Shown in pieces: positions 61,937-64,000 of a stretch of DNA of 64,000 nt. Every line of letters starts with the position of its first letter. The stretch's first letter is position 1. This DNA comes from Halodesulfurarchaeum sp. (GTDB lineage Archaea; Halobacteriota; Halobacteria; Halobacteriales; Halobacteriaceae): the NCBI GenBank assembly GCA_034520565.1, contig JAXHNL010000002.1, positions 1,504,001 to 1,568,000 on the forward strand, read 5' to 3'. Below the pieces are notes generated by a model. The model made no database searches. It saw only the letters and a program-made list of their open reading frames with translations, and was not told where the DNA came from. The translations under genes and the position numbers were made by a program.

Positions 61937-62933
61937 TCACCGCCCGGTTGATCGCTTCCGCAATTCGACGTCGAGGACGACGTTCAACTCGTGGGGCGCG
62001 TAGGTTCGCACCTCGTGGCGGGTCAGCACCTCGACATCATAGGTCGGTTCGGCCGCCGCTCGGATGGCCTGCTCGCCTGGCTCGAACGGGGCGGACTCGT
62101 GTTGGATGTCGTAATAGTGGAGCACGGCTCTGTCGCCGGCGAGTTCGACGGCCGTGTCGAGAAATTCGTTTGCGGAGTGTGGCAGGTTCATGACGATCCG
62201 ATCGGCCCAGTCCCCGTAGTCGAACCGCGACCGTCTCGAACGTCTCCAACGATTCCCGTCACGCGGTCTTCGACGCCGTTGCGCGGGCATTTTCCCGGAG
62301 ATACTCGATGGCCGTCCCGTTCACGTCAGTCCCGACGACCGTGGCACCCATTTGGGCCATCGGAATGGCAAACGGACCGACGCCGGCGAACATGTCGAAG
62401 ACGTGCTCGCCGGGTTCGACCTGCTTGACGACCCGGTGGCGTTCGGTGGCCAGTCGGGGCGAGAAATAGACGTCGTCGAGATCGAGTGCGAACTCCGCGC
62501 CGTATTCGCGATGAACCGTCTCCGTGGTCGATCCCCGAAGGATTTCCCAGTCGCGAGTTCGCGTCCGGCCCTTGATCTTGGAGGCGCGGTTGAGGACCCC
62601 TTCGATCGGAAGATCTGACTTCCAGAGCGCCGCGGCGATCGCTTCGGCGCGGTCCGGATCGTCCTCGTCGATGATGGCCAATCCGCCGAGTCGCTCGTAA
62701 CTCGGTTCCTCACCGAGAATATCCGCCGGCATGGTCTGTGTTTCGCGTTCGGGCGGGTCGTGAGAAACGACGGTCAAGTCGGATGGGACAGCCGTTGGAT
62801 CGGTAATCGGAATAAAGACGAACTCCTCGTCGACGTCGAGATCCCACTGCTCGGCGAGCAGATCCGCTTGTGCGAGTCGCTTGCGCGTGGACTCCCCATC
62901 CGCGCGTTCGACCCGCACGCAGGGAACCGACAT
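61937..62933 (-). CDS. trm5: Trm5/Met-10+ family tRNA methyltransferase; indels at about 62220-62290
   Basis: HREYG, VYFSPRLATER, DMFAGVGPF (ORF 62259..62933) plus DRIVMNLP, LHYY, VRTYAP (ORF 61937..62290). Confidence 0.85.
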
Positions 62934-63018
62934 GAGTCATGCTGCGGTCCGGGTCGGCTTACAAATGGCGCTTTCCCGGGGTCGAAACGCCTACCCCGAT
63001 CCCCGTCGGAGGTGAGGT

Positions 63019-63789
63019 ATGCTCACCTTCGTCGGTCTCGGCCTGTACGACGAACGGTCGGTCACGATCGAGGGCCGGGACGCGATCCGGAACGCCGACA
63101 GCGTCTTTGCCGAGTTCTACACGAGCGAACTGGTCGCCGCGACGGTCGAAGATTTGGAGGAGTACCACGCCGTCTCGATTCGGGTTCGTGATCGTGTTGG
63201 AGTCGAACAGGAACCGGAACCGATCCTCGACGCTGGAGCAACCGGCGAGGCAGTGTTTCTCACCGCGGGCGATCCCACGGTCTCGACGACGCACGTCGAT
63301 CTGCGCCTCAGGGCTTACGAACGTGGAATCGATACCCGAATCGTCCATGCTCCAACCGTACAGACGGCCGCGAGCGGGTTGACCGGCCTCCAGAACTATC
63401 GGTTCGGAAAAGCAACGACGATTCCCTTTCCCTGGGCACACGGCGGCGACGGCGTCCCCGAATCGGTAATCGAGACGATCGAGGAAAACAGGAAACGAGG
63501 ATTGCACACCGTCGCGTACCTGGACATCAAAGCCGAATCCGATGCGATGCTGAGCGGGGAAACCGCCGCGGGCCTTCTCGCCGACCACTGGCGAGGCGAC
63601 GTTCTGGGAGTTGTCGTTGGCCGGGCGGGAAGTCCCGAACCGGTCGTCCGAGCCGACCGACTCGATGAGCTCTCAGCGGGCTCGTTCGGTCCGCCGCCGC
63701 ATCTATTGGTGATTCCCGGTGACCTGCATTTGATCGAGCAAGAAGCGGTCGTCGCGTTCGGCGACGCTCCCGCGGTACTGTTCGAATAG
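63019..63789 (+). CDS. dph5: Diphthine synthase
   Basis: MLTFVGLGL, EFYTS, AGDP..STTH, GLQNYRFGK, GLHT..LDI, FGPPPHLLVIPG. Confidence 0.95.
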   Translation: MLTFVGLGLYDERSVTIEGRDAIRNADSVFAEFYTSELVAATVEDLEEYHAVSIRVRDRVGVEQEPEPILDAGATGEAVFLTAGDPTVSTTHVDLRLRAYERGIDTRIVHAPTVQTAASGLTGLQNYRFGKATTIPFPWAHGGDGVPESVIETIEENRKRGLHTVAYLDIKAESDAMLSGETAAGLLADHWRGDVLGVVVGRAGSPEPVVRADRLDELSAGSFGPPPHLLVIPGDLHLIEQEAVVAFGDAPAVLFE

Positions 63790-63802
63790 CGCCGAGTTCA
63801 AC

Positions 63803-64000
63803 TCACCGGCGGGCGACGATGCGAAGGATATCTTCGTCCTCGAGGACGTGATCCCGGCCGACCTGTTGATCGTCGTGTTTTGCACTCGGGCCGGTCACGC
63901 GAGCGAAGCGAAACCGGTTGTCGAAGGATCCACCGAGCTTCGAGAGGCCGTCGTCGACGGTCTGACCGCGACGGAGTATGAGTGGCTCCTCGTAATCGAT
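63803..64000 (-). CDS. DRG/OBG-family GTPase, C-terminal TGS domain (partial)
   Basis: Manual translation: IDYEEPLILRRGQTVDDGLSKLGGSFDNRFRFARVTGPSAKHDDQQVGRDHVLEDEDILRIVARR*. Confidence 0.85.
   Translation of the reverse strand: MDYEEPLILRRGQTVDDGLSKLGGSFDNRFRFARVTGPSAKHDDQQVGRDHVLEDEDILRIVARR

Noticed and set aside
8805-62933. Programmed ribosomal frameshifting or mass pseudogenisation
   Set aside because: No shared slippery motif, housekeeping genes affected and no other decay; technical indels are more parsimonious.

Overview
Chromosomal DNA of a halophilic archaeon (class Halobacteria), judged from high GC, acidic proteins, Tat lipoproteins and archaeal ribosomal/translation genes. Left to right: a cytochrome c oxidase (coxB partial, coxA) and heme/copper assembly cluster; an arginine-related module (LysE, a threonine-synthase-like protein lacking the catalytic Lys, an ArcE-like P-loop protein, OTCase, polar amino-acid ABC transporter); the conserved rpl44e-rps27e-aIF2a-nop10-PAC2 operon; a DUF2298/GT2/GtrA glycosylation trio; a 9-gene Mrp antiporter; coaBC; a long-chain prenyl diphosphate synthase; nth; a mevalonate cluster; radical SAM-aldolase-MtnA; tRNA-Met; lutC/lutB; proCBA; thrC; two orphan lipoproteins; tRNA-Thr; trm5; dph5; and a DRG GTPase end. 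The most notable feature is a complete archaeal-type mevalonate module (UbiD-family decarboxylase, both aconitase-X/phosphomevalonate dehydratase subunits, UbiX) directly upstream of the haloarchaea-type phosphomevalonate decarboxylase, i.e. two alternative routes for the same step side by side. Also notable: the ArcE-like gene beside OTCase, an initiator-type tRNA-Met with a non-canonical anticodon arm, and a possible radical-SAM by-product salvage module. About ten genes, including housekeeping ones, carry small frameshifts that most likely reflect sequencing/assembly indels. All family calls are from motif recognition by eye; no searches were run.
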